The notes beneath the pieces are model-generated. The model saw only the letters and a program-made list of their open reading frames with translations. It was not told the DNA's origin and did no database searches. A DNA stretch of 64,000 nucleotides from Chiloscyllium plagiosum (taxonomy: Eukaryota). Location: contig NC_057719.1 in the NCBI RefSeq assembly GCF_004010195.1, positions 40,405,323 through 40,469,322 of the forward strand, read 5' to 3'. This document shows positions 51,903 through 63,044 of the stretch, one piece after another. How positions within the stretch are numbered: the first letter of the stretch is position 1; each line of letters opens with the position of its first letter. The position numbers were made by a program, and so were the translations under genes.

Positions 51903-52730
51903 AAAAGAAGTATTTTAAAAGCTTCATGCAATCCCAATCTAAGACTGTGTATTTTCAGACCGTTTGTTTTATTCACCTTGAATGAAGAAAGTGTGAGATA
52001 ATCAGTGGAGATTGGAGTGATTATGGAATTGTCCAAACAATTTGTATTTGAAGACACACTGAAGATGTATAAGGAATACTTAAAACTGCATCATCTTTAT
52101 CACCAATGTTCTCTCTTGTAATGTACATTAGCGGCAGCTGCTTAGATTCTAATTCATGTTTTTAATAAAATTGAAGGACAGGTATTATTGAAAAATGTCC
52201 ATTCTTCATTGATCTTGATACTACAGTGCAGTTATTGTTATATCCAGTACTATTTTATCTTATGAAAATTTTCAAGGTAGACCAGAACATGCTTGTTTTC
52301 ATTTCTTCACTTCAGAGTTTTGCTGTTGTTGGCTGCTGTCAGTTGGTCAGTTCTATTCTTCAACCTTAGAGTTTGACTTCCGGTGTATTATTTGAAAAAC
52401 TATCCTTACAAGTTGATAATTGTGTAGCTGTATGATTTTATTTGGCTACATTTGTTATGAATAGTTGTTAAAATTGAATGAGATTCATAAAAATCATCAC
52501 TCTTGAAATAACTGGACCATAATGAATTTTATTGGGTCATTCCAACTTGGATGCTTCATAAGACAATTCATAAAAAATGTACAGCTTTGTTTAACTGATT
52601 TCAACTCTTGGCATTATTGACTTTTGTTCATATTTCAACATTTTGATTTTGTGTCTCAATATTAAGTTTTGCCCTTTGTAAATTGATGTATTGTGCACCT
52701 ATTCTTACCATTGTTATTGATATGACACAG

Positions 52731-52784
52731 GCTGAGTTAGAATGGGGAAAGTCAAATTACATCCAGATAAAAAGAATTAAAGAG
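52731..52784 (+). CDS. TDRD9: TDRD9 exon (54 nt): AELEWGKSNYIQIKRIKE
   Basis: acacag| and |gtgagt, phase 0/0. Confidence 0.93.
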
Positions 52785-55108
52785 GTGAGTTTATTGTCAA
52801 GGACTAATATATAACAACAAAGACTGTTAATGTTTAACAATTACCTGGTAGCTGTAATATTCCATTCCCATAGCTGTACTTCTCTTCACAATTTCAAGGA
52901 GTTGTTCACATGTCTGTTTTCTTCAATTGCAAGTTTCCTGAAATTACTAAAATGTATTCAAGAACTTCACAATTGCAATATTCTTCTTCATCAGTATACA
53001 TCTCCATAGGGAGAAATAATTCATGAAGCTAATAGTGAAGTGAATTTAATGTCATTTTGCCTGTGAGCCATTTCTTGCTGTAAGTCTGACACTGCAGTAA
53101 TGAATTGAAGAAGTGGGGATCTGCTCATAGGATTTTTTTAAAGGAATTTGTCTCTTGTGTATTTGGCTGAAGTTCGAACAAAGTAAGGTTTGAGAACTAT
53201 TGTAACAAGAATGGAAATGGTGTAACACACAGAAGTGGTTCATTATTTTAGTCTAAGTTATTGAAGGACCTGGGTAGCAGAAGTGCAGTAAACTTCTGCA
53301 GATTACGTAATTAATTATAGCACAGAGGACCATTGATTCTAACATATCTGTGCCAGCTCTCCACTGAGCAGTTTCTCTAGCCCCTCTCTCCTTCCTTTTC
53401 CAGTGACCTAGCAAAGTTTGTTCTTCAGCTAATCAATAAATTCTTTTTGAGAAACCTTGATTCTGCCTTCACCATATTGTCAGGCAGTGCACTCCAGTTG
53501 CTAACTTCTTGCTGCATTAAAACAAACATTCCTCCCATTTTTCCTTTGCTGCTTTTGACACTTACCTTTTAAATATGTACCCTTTGGTCTCAACCTACCA
53601 TTAAAAATGATTTCTCCTCTCTTCTCTGCAAAGTTCGTTTTTATTTTGAACATCTTCATTCATTTCTTAATCTTCTCCTTCAAGGAGTACAGCTACAACT
53701 TCTGCAATCTGCCCATGAAGTTGACTTACAGGATCCCTAGAGACATAATCATGATTCTTTTCTGCACTTTTTCAAATGTCTTCACATGACTCCACAGCTG
53801 TTTTTTGAGGTCATGCCAAATGAATCGAATTGGCTGAAGGCTGACATCTGTTATATGTCTGCCCAGTCCACCAACTTTTCGATGTTATCTTGAGTTTTGT
53901 CACGATGTTATTCACAATGCATTTTGTGTCATCTTCACACTTTGATGTTGTGCAGTTTATGATCTGGAACTCCATTTTGTAACTTTCTCCAGTTGGAAGT
54001 GCAGCTATTTACCAGCGCTCTGTTTTCTGTCTGTGAGTCAGGTTTGTTTCCATACTGGTATAATTGCCATTGTTACATCGGCGCTAACTTGACAGACATA
54101 CCAATTATGTGACATTTCTTCAACTCTTTTTGTCAATCCTTTTATCTTCTCAACCTTCTGTGATAACTTATCAAACTCTAAAAGGTTTGCCTTTAATAGT
54201 TATTAGGCAGGCTTTTGTTAATTAATCTACATTTGTCAAAATGATTGTTAATTCTGCCCTAGTATTGTTTCCAAAAGCTTTTCCATCAACAAGATTAAAC
54301 TCTCATGGCAATAGTTGGCTGGGCTTATAGTTTTAACCTTTTTTGAACAAGGTTGACATTATTTATTGTTTTCCTGTCCTTTGACCCAACCCCTTTATCC
54401 AAGGAGCATCAGAAAATTATGGTCATTGTCTGTAAATTGCAGCCATCTCTAAGATGCAGGTGATGTGGAACTGGTGAGCTTATCAGCTTCAAGTTTAACC
54501 AGCCTATAAAAGACTTTCTCATCCCCAATTTTTAACATAGCTAGCATCTCAGCTACCTCCTCTTTTGAATTGACTCTGGGCAGCATTTTCCTTGCTAAAT
54601 ACAGGAGTGAAGTACTCATTTAGTACTCACATTATGCTCACATTCAGCCTCTCTGTTTACATCTTCTTTTAGGACCTTTCCTGTTTCCCAAATATGTATG
54701 ATTTATATGTTGAAAGAAAATTGAGATTGTCTTTCATAAGCGTTGTCTATCTTTTTGTACTTTTTCTATTTCCACTCATTACTGTTTTTCATATTCTCTT
54801 CAAAGTTTTATATTCTGCCCGATTCTGAATTACAGAATAATCTAACATCTGTCTTGTCTGCTTTATTTTCATTATCCAGGGAGTTCTGGCTAAATGTGTT
54901 TGAAAGACAGATCATTACTCTTGTTGTTTTGTCTGTCAGTTTTTGTTTTCCATTTCTGGGTTGGATAGTCTGCCATCTGATTGATCTTGCCCCTCACCTG
55001 ATTGATTATTCTTTCTTCTAGATAAAATAGCGAAGACCTGTGGTAATTATATGATTTCAAAACTAGGTAGGGTTTGCAGCGTAGGATTTCAAAAGAAGAA
55101 ATTAATTA

Positions 55109-55181
55109 AGTTCTGAAAAAGGGTTATTGGACCTGAGACATTAGCTCTGATTTCTCTCCACAGATGCTGCAGACCTGCTGA
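55109..55181 (+). mobile_element. Degenerate PLE hammerhead-tail insert
   Basis: agttctgaaaaagggttattggacctgagacattagctctgatttctctccacagatgctgc. Confidence 0.65.
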
Positions 55182-55239
55182 AATGTAATGTTTTTCAACA
55201 TGAATTCCAATTAATTCATTTTTGACTGGTTCCTCCTAG

Positions 55240-55356
55240 GTGGCACAGTTGTATGAGGAATTGAAAGAACGTGTCCAATGTTTTAATATGTGTGTTGATC
55301 ACCCCAGTGGGTGTACAAATGAAGAGTATGTACATAAACAAAGATTCATTCTGCAG
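55240..55356 (+). CDS. TDRD9: TDRD9 exon (117 nt): VAQLYEELKERVQCFNMCVDHPSGCTNEEYVHKQRFILQ
   Basis: tcctag| and |gtactg, phase 0/0. Confidence 0.94.
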
Positions 55357-55599
55357 GTACTGTTTTGTTTTTTTCCATGTTTCTATTTTCAAAACTTTTC
55401 AAGTTTTACATCTTACCTAAATATTGACCAAATTTTACAACAGCCTGATGTGATGTGTGCACCTGTTATTCAATAGAGGTATCCTGGTCCCTTCCTTGTA
55501 TGACTGGTCTGGTAAAAGACAGAAAGAGACTCTGCCCCTTACGCACCCAGCATGAAGTTCCTGCAGAGGCCAGGTCCTTGCACATTGACAGCAAGGAGG

Positions 55600-55920
55600 A
55601 CTGGGAGCAGGAATAGATCATGTGGAACAACATTTTGCTATGCTTTAATTATGATCGTGGCTGATCTGATTGTGGTCTTTGGGTCACTTTTTTTTTGTTC
55701 TCCACCCTCCTCCCCCACACACCCTCATGTCTCTCCTACAAGGGCAAGCACCCTCTCGGCAATTACCCTGTAAAGTCCCCTCTGGACCTTATATGTTTCA
55801 ATAAGATCACCTCTGAACGTTTTGTGAAGTGCAGAGTCAAGGGCCAATCTGTTCAACCTTGCTACATAACTTGAGCATTTTATCCTCTGAAAGAACCAAG
55901 CAAACCTCTGAACCGCTAAC
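55600..55920 (-). mobile_element. CR1 LINE 3' remnant
   Basis: FRGDLIETYKV. Confidence 0.7.
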
Positions 55921-56096
55921 ACAATTCCTCTTCAAACAAACTTTTATTTTAATGCATTGATGCACTTTGAGCATCTGTTTTTGAAGACCCCTATTTAGGT
56001 ATCTACTTGCCCGAGTGAATAGACGTGAGTTTTAAAAATTAGAGTTGCCTGCTTTAACTTGTGCTTTGTTTATATTGCAATGTAATTTTTCCATAG

Positions 56097-56204
56097 GTTG
56101 TCCTGGCTGGAGCTTTTTACCCCAATTATTTTACATTTGGTCCAGTCTCTGAAGAAATTGCAATGAAAGAGCTGGCTAGAAAAGACTACAAAACTACAGT
56201 AGTG
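56097..56204 (+). CDS. TDRD9: TDRD9 exon (108 nt): VVLAGAFYPNYFTFGPVSEEIAMKELARKDYKTTVV
   Basis: ccatag| and |gtatgt, phase 0/0; AGAFYPNY motif. Confidence 0.95.
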
Positions 56205-56350
56205 GTATGTAGGCATGACTTGGGAGAATTTTGGTTATGCTTCATTGATTTTTTTGGTATAAAAACTCTGGCATATTTGTTGGAGAATACAGACCAAAAT
56301 GCTATATTGGCACATGCTTAATTGTAAATGCTTTGTTCGGTTTAAATGTC

Positions 56351-56545
56351 AAAAAGTGCAGAGCTGGAAAAACACAGCGGGTCAGGCAGCATCTGAGGAG
56401 CGGGAGCGTCGACGCTTTGGGCATAAGCGAAGGGTTTATGCCCAAAACATTGATTCTCCTGCTCGTCGAATGCTGTCTGACCTGTATGGTTCCAGCTCTG
56501 CACTTTTTGCCTCTGATCTCCAGCATCTGCAGTCCTCACTTTCTC
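56351..56545. repeat. Fold-back pair of PLE hammerhead tails (~78 bp arms, few-nt spacer)
   Basis: aaaaagtgcagagctggaa...ttgggcataagc versus gtttatgcccaa...ttccagctctgcacttttt. Confidence 0.85.
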
Positions 56546-56888
56546 TTGAGTTTAAATATCTACATGTAGAGTAATTATTATTTTTTAAATAAAAACTCTT
56601 GACAAATAAAATATTTCAAAAACTTCATTGAATTGTAAACCTTACTTTGAAAGAATTAAAAATAGCCACTTCCATGATTCAAATGAAAAAAATTCAGCAG
56701 TATCATGCTCAATTATAAACATTGGTTTGAGGTGGTCATGCTCAAAATCCTGGTTCTGTTTTGTTTTTATACTTGCTTTTCACTGTCATGAAACAATTCT
56801 CTTCCTTTAGTTTAAATTTCTGAAACATTTGTGTCAGTGTTGTGAATATTAGAACCATCTCTTGTATGTTATATTAGGCACTAAAAAT

Positions 56889-57017
56889 TCCTGAAGAAGG
56901 GCTTATGCCCAAAACGTCGATTCTCCTGTTCCTTTGATGCTGCCTGACCTGCTGCGCTTTTCCAGCAACACATTTTTAAGCTCTGATCTCCAGCATCTGC
57001 AGTCCTCACTTTCTCCT
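56889..57017 (+). mobile_element. 129-bp hammerhead-containing PLE-terminus insert with 9-bp TSD
   Basis: actaaaaat at 56880-56888 and 57018-57026; CTGAAGA-A-GGGC(ttat)GCCC-aAAAC-GTC. Confidence 0.88.
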
Positions 57018-57074
57018 ACTAAAAATGTATTGTTTTGGTTTAAACATAAAATGAATTACAGTTGAACAATTACC

Positions 57075-57112
57075 AGTTCTGAGGAAAGGTCACTTGACCC
57101 GAAACATTAACT
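57075..57112 (+). ncRNA. Minimal hammerhead motif
   Basis: AGTT-CTGAGGA-A-aGGTC(actt)GACCc-GAAAC-aTT-AACT; stem I AGTT/AACT. Confidence 0.65.
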
Positions 57113-57139
57113 CTGATTTCTCTCCACAGATGCTTTTGG

Positions 57140-57253
57140 AGCTTTCGGAGCGCTGCTCCTCCACAACCGTCTGATGAAGGAGCGGTGCTCTGAAAACTAG
57201 TATTTCCAATTAAACCTGAGGGCTATAACCTGGTGTTGTGTGATTTTTAACTT
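57140..57253 (+). mobile_element. Third-family hammerhead-bearing short element with inverted 5' copy
   Basis: CTGATGA-A-GGAGC(ggt)GCTCt-GAAA-acTA at 57171-57199; 57140-57160 is the reverse complement aggagcagcgctccgaaagct. Confidence 0.7.
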
Positions 57254-58482
57254 TGTTTTCTTATGCTCTTTGTGCTTATAAAAGCCATGCTTGTTTTGAT
57301 GAAAAGGTGAAAACAGGCATTGAATGGCTGCTATCCAGGTATGACATGCCCGTTGCAATTGTAGTTTTAGCAACTTCGGTCTTAGTACATATTTTTCGAA
57401 TCAGCCTCATAATATATTTTAATCAAAAATGTTATGAGGCCTCTGAAATAGGTAGGTCTTGAGGACAGTTCTCCTGGCTCAGAGGTAGGGATATTGCCAC
57501 AGTACCACAAATGGCCGAATTCTTATCTTCATTGATAAATGCTGTAATTTGAAATAGGCTGCACTTGAAGGCATAGTACTTGTGCTGATTGGTTGGAAGT
57601 TTTCTGAGCGCAGGTGGGTTTTACTCATCCAGTTCGACCAGGATGGTTTGGGAACCAAGAGACAAGAACATAGCGGCACTGAAAGTCCTGGTAGAGGGCT
57701 TTCAAAGAGAGTAATCAGTGGTGTTATGAAGGAGAGTCATTGGACTTGAAATTTTAACTCTTTCCAGCTTCTTTCCAGCTGCTGTCAGACCTTTCTGGTT
57801 TTGTTCCAGATCTCTAGCATCTGGAGTATTTTGCCTAATTTCAGCTCCTTTGTATCATGGTCTTTATATATCATGTACTCTTAGTAGTGAATGTCCAACT
57901 CCTTGTCTTATCCCTTTGTTTTGAAGCAGTGGGTACTGCTGTGCTATGGTCTCCTACCTTTCTCCACTTCTTGCAGTTTGCAGGTCTATAGGAAGACACC
58001 ATTGACCAAGTGTTTATTGTTCCTGGTGAATCTAGAAGGACTCCCAGTCCACAAGTTAATCCTTGTAGAAGATTTCTAGGATAGCTATGGACAGTTCTTA
58101 TGAACTCTTGACATTGTATTCCAGTAAGTCTCCTCATATGTTTCAAAAGACTGCTTCAAACCTGCAGCAACAAGTCCACAGGGAAAATAGACAAGGTCGA
58201 TGTCAATCCTTGCAATGACTTGTTCACTCCTTAAATCATTGGTTGTTGTTAGGTGAGGGTGATCTGCCAACAGCTATTTATTAAGTGTACATCTGTGTTA
58301 ATAAGTACAAACAGACAATTCAAGTTGCAACCCGCCTGTCAACAATTCTACGTAGAAATTAATGATAAAATGTTTGTCTCAAATAAGAATTAAACCTTCA
58401 CTTGTATTTCAGAATGAGTACCATAGCCACCATCCTGTCAATTTTGTTGGAGGAACTAAAATCTGATATCATTGTGCTGTAG

Positions 58483-58583
58483 GTGAGGAATGTCCCACCT
58501 TATGGATTCCTATACTACCAACAGTTGCTATCTCTGTTCAGGCAGTGTGGTCAAATCAGAGCTCTTTCATTTGATGGTTCAAA
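58483..58583 (+). CDS. TDRD9: TDRD9 exon (101 nt): VRNVPPYGFLYYQQLLSLFRQCGQIRALSFDGS(K), RRM-like segment
   Basis: ctgtag| and |gtaagt, phase 0/2. Confidence 0.94.
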
Positions 58584-59029
58584 GTAAGTTGAATTTGGTT
58601 TGCTGATAACTTCATTAACGTGTTTAAATGAACTTTGACTCAATACATTGGGTGGGTTCTCAGCTTTATTGTAACAATGCTAATGTTTAGATTTGTTTTC
58701 TGACCTATCCAAAATGCTTTGAATGTTCAAGGAAATTTACATCAATAAAATAGAAATTCAAATGACAAAAAGCCTTCATTCAGAAGATAAAGGGGGGATT
58801 GTGAGAGGCAAAGTAAATTTGTGATTTCACTGTTGATCTCATTAAGAAAATGTCAGTGTTTGTACTGTTTATATAAATATAATATTAGTGTAGTCATTGA
58901 TGTTAACTTTAAGTATTGGTGCTGTGATACTGCAGGAGTTCTTCTTCCAGTAAAGTAATATGTCACTACCTTATCCACAGCTGAATTCAGAAGCAAAGGG
59001 TTCTCCTCTATTTACTGCTGGGTTGAGTT

Positions 59030-59370
59030 ATAAGATCATAAGATGTAAGAGTGGAAGTAAGCCATTAGGTCCATTGATGTCTGCTCTGTCACTCAATGAG
59101 ATCATGGCTGATATGATAATCCTTGCCTTCACTTTCTTTATCCCATAAACCTTACAGATTAAAAATCTGTTTATCTCAGTCTTGAATGTACTTAATGACC
59201 CAGCCTGAACGGCCCTCTGTAGTAAAGAATTCCATAGACTCATTGCTCTCTGAGAGAAATTTCTCCTCATCTCTGACTTAAATAGATGACCCCTTACTCT
59301 GACATTATGCCCTCTGTCCTTGGACTCTCCCACAAGAGGAGCCAACCTTTGTATCAACCCTGTCAAACTG
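59030..59370 (-). mobile_element. CR1 LINE 3' end
   Basis: MRRNFSQRAMSLWNSL...FKTEINRFL. Confidence 0.82.
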
Positions 59371-61503
59371 AACTTAAGGAGACAAAGAAAAACCACGTCA
59401 GGAGGCCAAAGTCAGTGATAGTCCCAAAGACTGGGATAATTTCATGTTGCAGCACTGGAGGACAAAAAGATGATCGAGATACAAAATTAACTATGAGAGC
59501 AAACTGAGAGCAGGCCTGTACTTTCCCCCTTCTTGCGTACCCTCTAATTAAGTAAAAGCCCTAGTTATTCAGTTTGCCGGGACACTAAGATGATTCAGGA
59601 TAGCTATTTGTGCGAAGTTGTTTGTAATACTATTTTCTGAATGAAGTCTGAATGGAATTGCTAATCCAAGCTGTTCACCCTAATCTCAGTTTACCCAGCT
59701 GCTCTAATTTTGATGTTTTTACATTTTTTATGGTTCCTTAATCAGAATTATCTTACTGATGCCAAGAAATTCTGTAAGTGCTTACAGCTTAGCAGCAGGC
59801 ATGCCCTGGCAATGAACTACAACTGTAAACAATATAGTACTTCCATAACACAATGCTCAACAAATGCAACTCCTTGATCAACTCCACATCTTGTCACCGT
59901 GGAAATGGAGAGTTCAGTCATTACATATATATAATGCAATGTTATCTAACAATGTTTTTCTTAAAAAAAAACAAATTCTTCCAATTTACTAGGAGTAAGA
60001 CAGACTTATCGGAAGAGATGTTTCTTGTGACATGGGTACCTTCAATCAGTGTGGTCAACCAGTTTGTAAAACATTGTGCTCGAAAGACTACAGAAAATTA
60101 TCAAAGCTATCATCTAGCTGAGGGAATTTTTCATGTAATTTGTACAATTCCCTCAAATCATAATGGCAGACCTAAAATGATGCACTCCAATGGTCTTCAC
60201 ACTTCATTTTCGTAGTTTGCTAGTTATCTATTCCTGCTGAGGGCAGAGTTTTCTATATGAAGACATTTTTGTTTCTTGGATTTCAACCAGTATTGCCTGA
60301 CTTGAATTTTGAATATCGTGTATAAAAGCCAAGGATTTGGAAGTATTGATGGATCCTCAGATGTTTGTTTACAAGTATTAAAAGCTTTAAGACAATGTGG
60401 TGAGGAATCCTGTTGTTGAAAAGCCTTTAATTGGAAGATTTGTGTAGACAAATTGCATGAAATTCTCTTCAGTGCGGAGCAACCAATGGTCAGTGATCTC
60501 AAAATATATGAAATGCAGTGGAACAAGTCAGAATGCACATGTTATACTAGTACAACTGTACCTGTCTTTAGATGTAACACACATGAATAAACATGTACAG
60601 CATGACAGTAAATAATGTGCCGATAGCATTCTAACGTATATATGCTTTATTTAAAACTTTGGGCTGTTGATAATAGATAAAACCATTTTAGTAACCATTA
60701 TTCTGTTGGAAGAATGATCTAAACAAACTTAAACTGTTCAGATTCTTTTGGCAAAGACCAGAGAATTAAACTTGGGGTTGACAACTATAAATTGTCAGTT
60801 TCAAATCTTTTACTCTGGTGTTCCAACCAAGGCTCTCATCCAACCACTTTAAGATAAAATGAAACAAAAACTTTTTCCACTTGTCATGATGACCAGTTAA
60901 ATAGATTATCTTCTTGTTTTAAATAAAAAAAATCTATCAACCTGCTTTCTTAATGAACAATTGAATTTATTCTCAAAACAAAATCTATTCATTAAAGATG
61001 TAGTCATTGATTAATGAATACAATTAGTAATATTTATCCCTTTAAATGTTCCCAATAGCACAGCCACAGTCTTCAGAAAAACAGGCAAAATAAAATCTCT
61101 GTAGAGATTGACATTTTGAAAAGAATGGTTCATCGGCCAAAAGATAAAGTACAGGATATTATGGAGTTTGTTGCAGTGGTTGGCCAGCACAAACGATCAA
61201 GTCACTAATCGCTCATGTTTTGTCTCTGAAGTATTGCAGATACAGCTTACTCAGGAAGTCCAACTGGAGATGTTCTTTCAATTTCTCTTTCAAAATATGA
61301 AGTAGGTTCCACTTCCACTAGGTTTACTTTTCAGAAATAGGCATGGTCAGCTGGGCAGTTTGTTCATAGTAAGCTTTCCTCCAACTCACCTTGTTATAAG
61401 TGGCGGGGTGGTGGGGGGTGGAATTTTGCCAACTCCATTAGATAACATAAGAATCTCTCCAAGTCAGTTCAAATAAACAGTTTATACAGCAGTATAAAAA
61501 CCA

Positions 61504-61596
61504 AGTCCTGAGCAAGGGTCACCAGACCCGAAACGTTAACTTTGATTTCTCTTTACAGATGCTGCCGGACCTGCTGAGCTTTTCCAGCAACTTCTG
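61504..61596 (+). mobile_element. PLE-terminus insert with hammerhead motif (G8>C)
   Basis: CTGAGcA-A-GGGTC(acca)GACCC-GAAAC-GTT-AACT plus tail. Confidence 0.78.
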
Positions 61597-62070
61597 AATT
61601 AATGTCTACAGCAGTACTTTCCAACCATTTTACACTGTGACCCTAACATTGAGGCTTGAAAACAGTTGCAACCCCTTGAAAGTATATAAGAGTGGTGTGA
61701 GAGGCTGCAAAGCAGGGGACAGTGGGAGCATAGCAGTTATAGTTGTTTGAGTGACCATTGCTGGCTGAGAACTTGGGACTCCAGAATTTCAGCTCGCAAC
61801 CCAAATCGACTCCCACATTTGAAAACCCTGGTCTTCTGAAAAGCAAGCAATTATCACTATTTAAATGATTTCTAGGCAATCATGTTTTGAAAAATCTCAA
61901 CTGCCCACCATAAACTTCTTTTAAAAAAAACTCTCCAGATATGTTGGTAAGACTTGAAAAAAATTCCTTTGCCATTTTCCTTCAAAACCTAACTCCTCCA
62001 AGTGACATTAAATATAAAATGCTTTTGTAAATGCTGTTACCTAACAAACATTTTTTTCAATGAAAAATAG

Positions 62071-62244
62071 GGGCTTTATTGAATTTGTGCAAAATCCAAT
62101 AAAAAGAGCACAGATCCATCCTGCAGTATACATGGCACTGAAGATGGCCCATCAACGTATTCCCTTGCAGTTAAAGGTTCATTCTGTGGAGGAGATTGAG
62201 TTATTGATCCAAGGACAACCTAGTTCAGGCTTGCGGAGTCCAAG
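62071..62244 (+). CDS. TDRD9: TDRD9 exon (174 nt): (K)GFIEFVQNPIKRAQIHPAVYMALKMAHQRIPLQLKVHSVEEIELLIQGQPSSGLRSP(R)
   Basis: aaatag| and |gtaata, phase 2/2. Confidence 0.9.
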
Positions 62245-63044
62245 GTAATACCTTATTTGGGTGATAAAGGAATAAATAATGTATATTTTGGCTGAGTTTT
62301 GAAAATTGCAATATTGAGAAAGGCGTACACAATATTTTTTGATGGTAGGTTTGTGGCAAACTCTGATATCATGCTGATCAGTGGAGAGCCTGCACCTTCT
62401 GTTCTGTTACTGCATTGGTATTAATTCTTTTGATCAGGGTGTAGAACTGCGGAGGAAAAATGAAGCATACTTTCTGTTTTCTACAATTTTGTGGTATTTT
62501 CTTGACAGAAAGAAATTTGTTCAAATATTTGACTGGCAATCTAGGTAGCAACACTACAGCAGAATTTTTTATTTGGAGCTGTGGTCACCACAGCCAGTGA
62601 GTGGAAGACCGGTTTTGTTTTTTATTTCTTGAAAATTCTGAAATGAACCATCAAATGATGCAGTCGGAGGAGCCATGAGAAATATGACAGAAATCCTATG
62701 TTTTAAAATAAAAACTCCAGAACTGCAGAGGCAGGCTTTTTAAAAATTCATTCATCGGATGTCAGCATGGCTAGCTCAGCCAAAAGTTATTGTCCATCCC
62801 TAGTAGCCCTTGAGAAGCTAGAGGTGAACTGTTTTTTTTTGAATAGCTGCATTTCATGTGCTCCAAAACATCATGTAGCAGTATAGAATATCTGGGGAAG
62901 AAGTAGCCATATGAAAGATCGAAGGGAAAGCCTTACCAATGTTTGGAATCATACTGACCATAAAGGAAAATAGTAGTAGTTTCGAAAATTGTTCATCACA
63001 GTCCCAGAACATATTTGCGGGGGTTTCGCGAGTTGATATTTCCT

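Larger units (their letters stand above)
3308..62244 (+). other. TDRD9: TDRD9 gene body (partial; 21 internal coding exons), piRNA-pathway DExH-box RNA helicase
   Basis: Spliced exons give one open frame with motifs GATGSGKST (I), VTQPRKIGA (Ia), YMTTGVLL (Ib), DEVH (II), SAT (III), LVFLPG (IV), STNIAESSVT (V), QRKGRAGRV (VI), then HA2 and RRM-like segments recognisable as TDRD9/Spindle-E type. Confidence 0.95.

Noticed and set aside
6118..61596. Recurrent palindromic ~30-bp motif as CRISPR repeats
   Set aside because: Dispersed, both orientations, no regular spacers or cas genes, eukaryotic context; explained by PLE hammerheads
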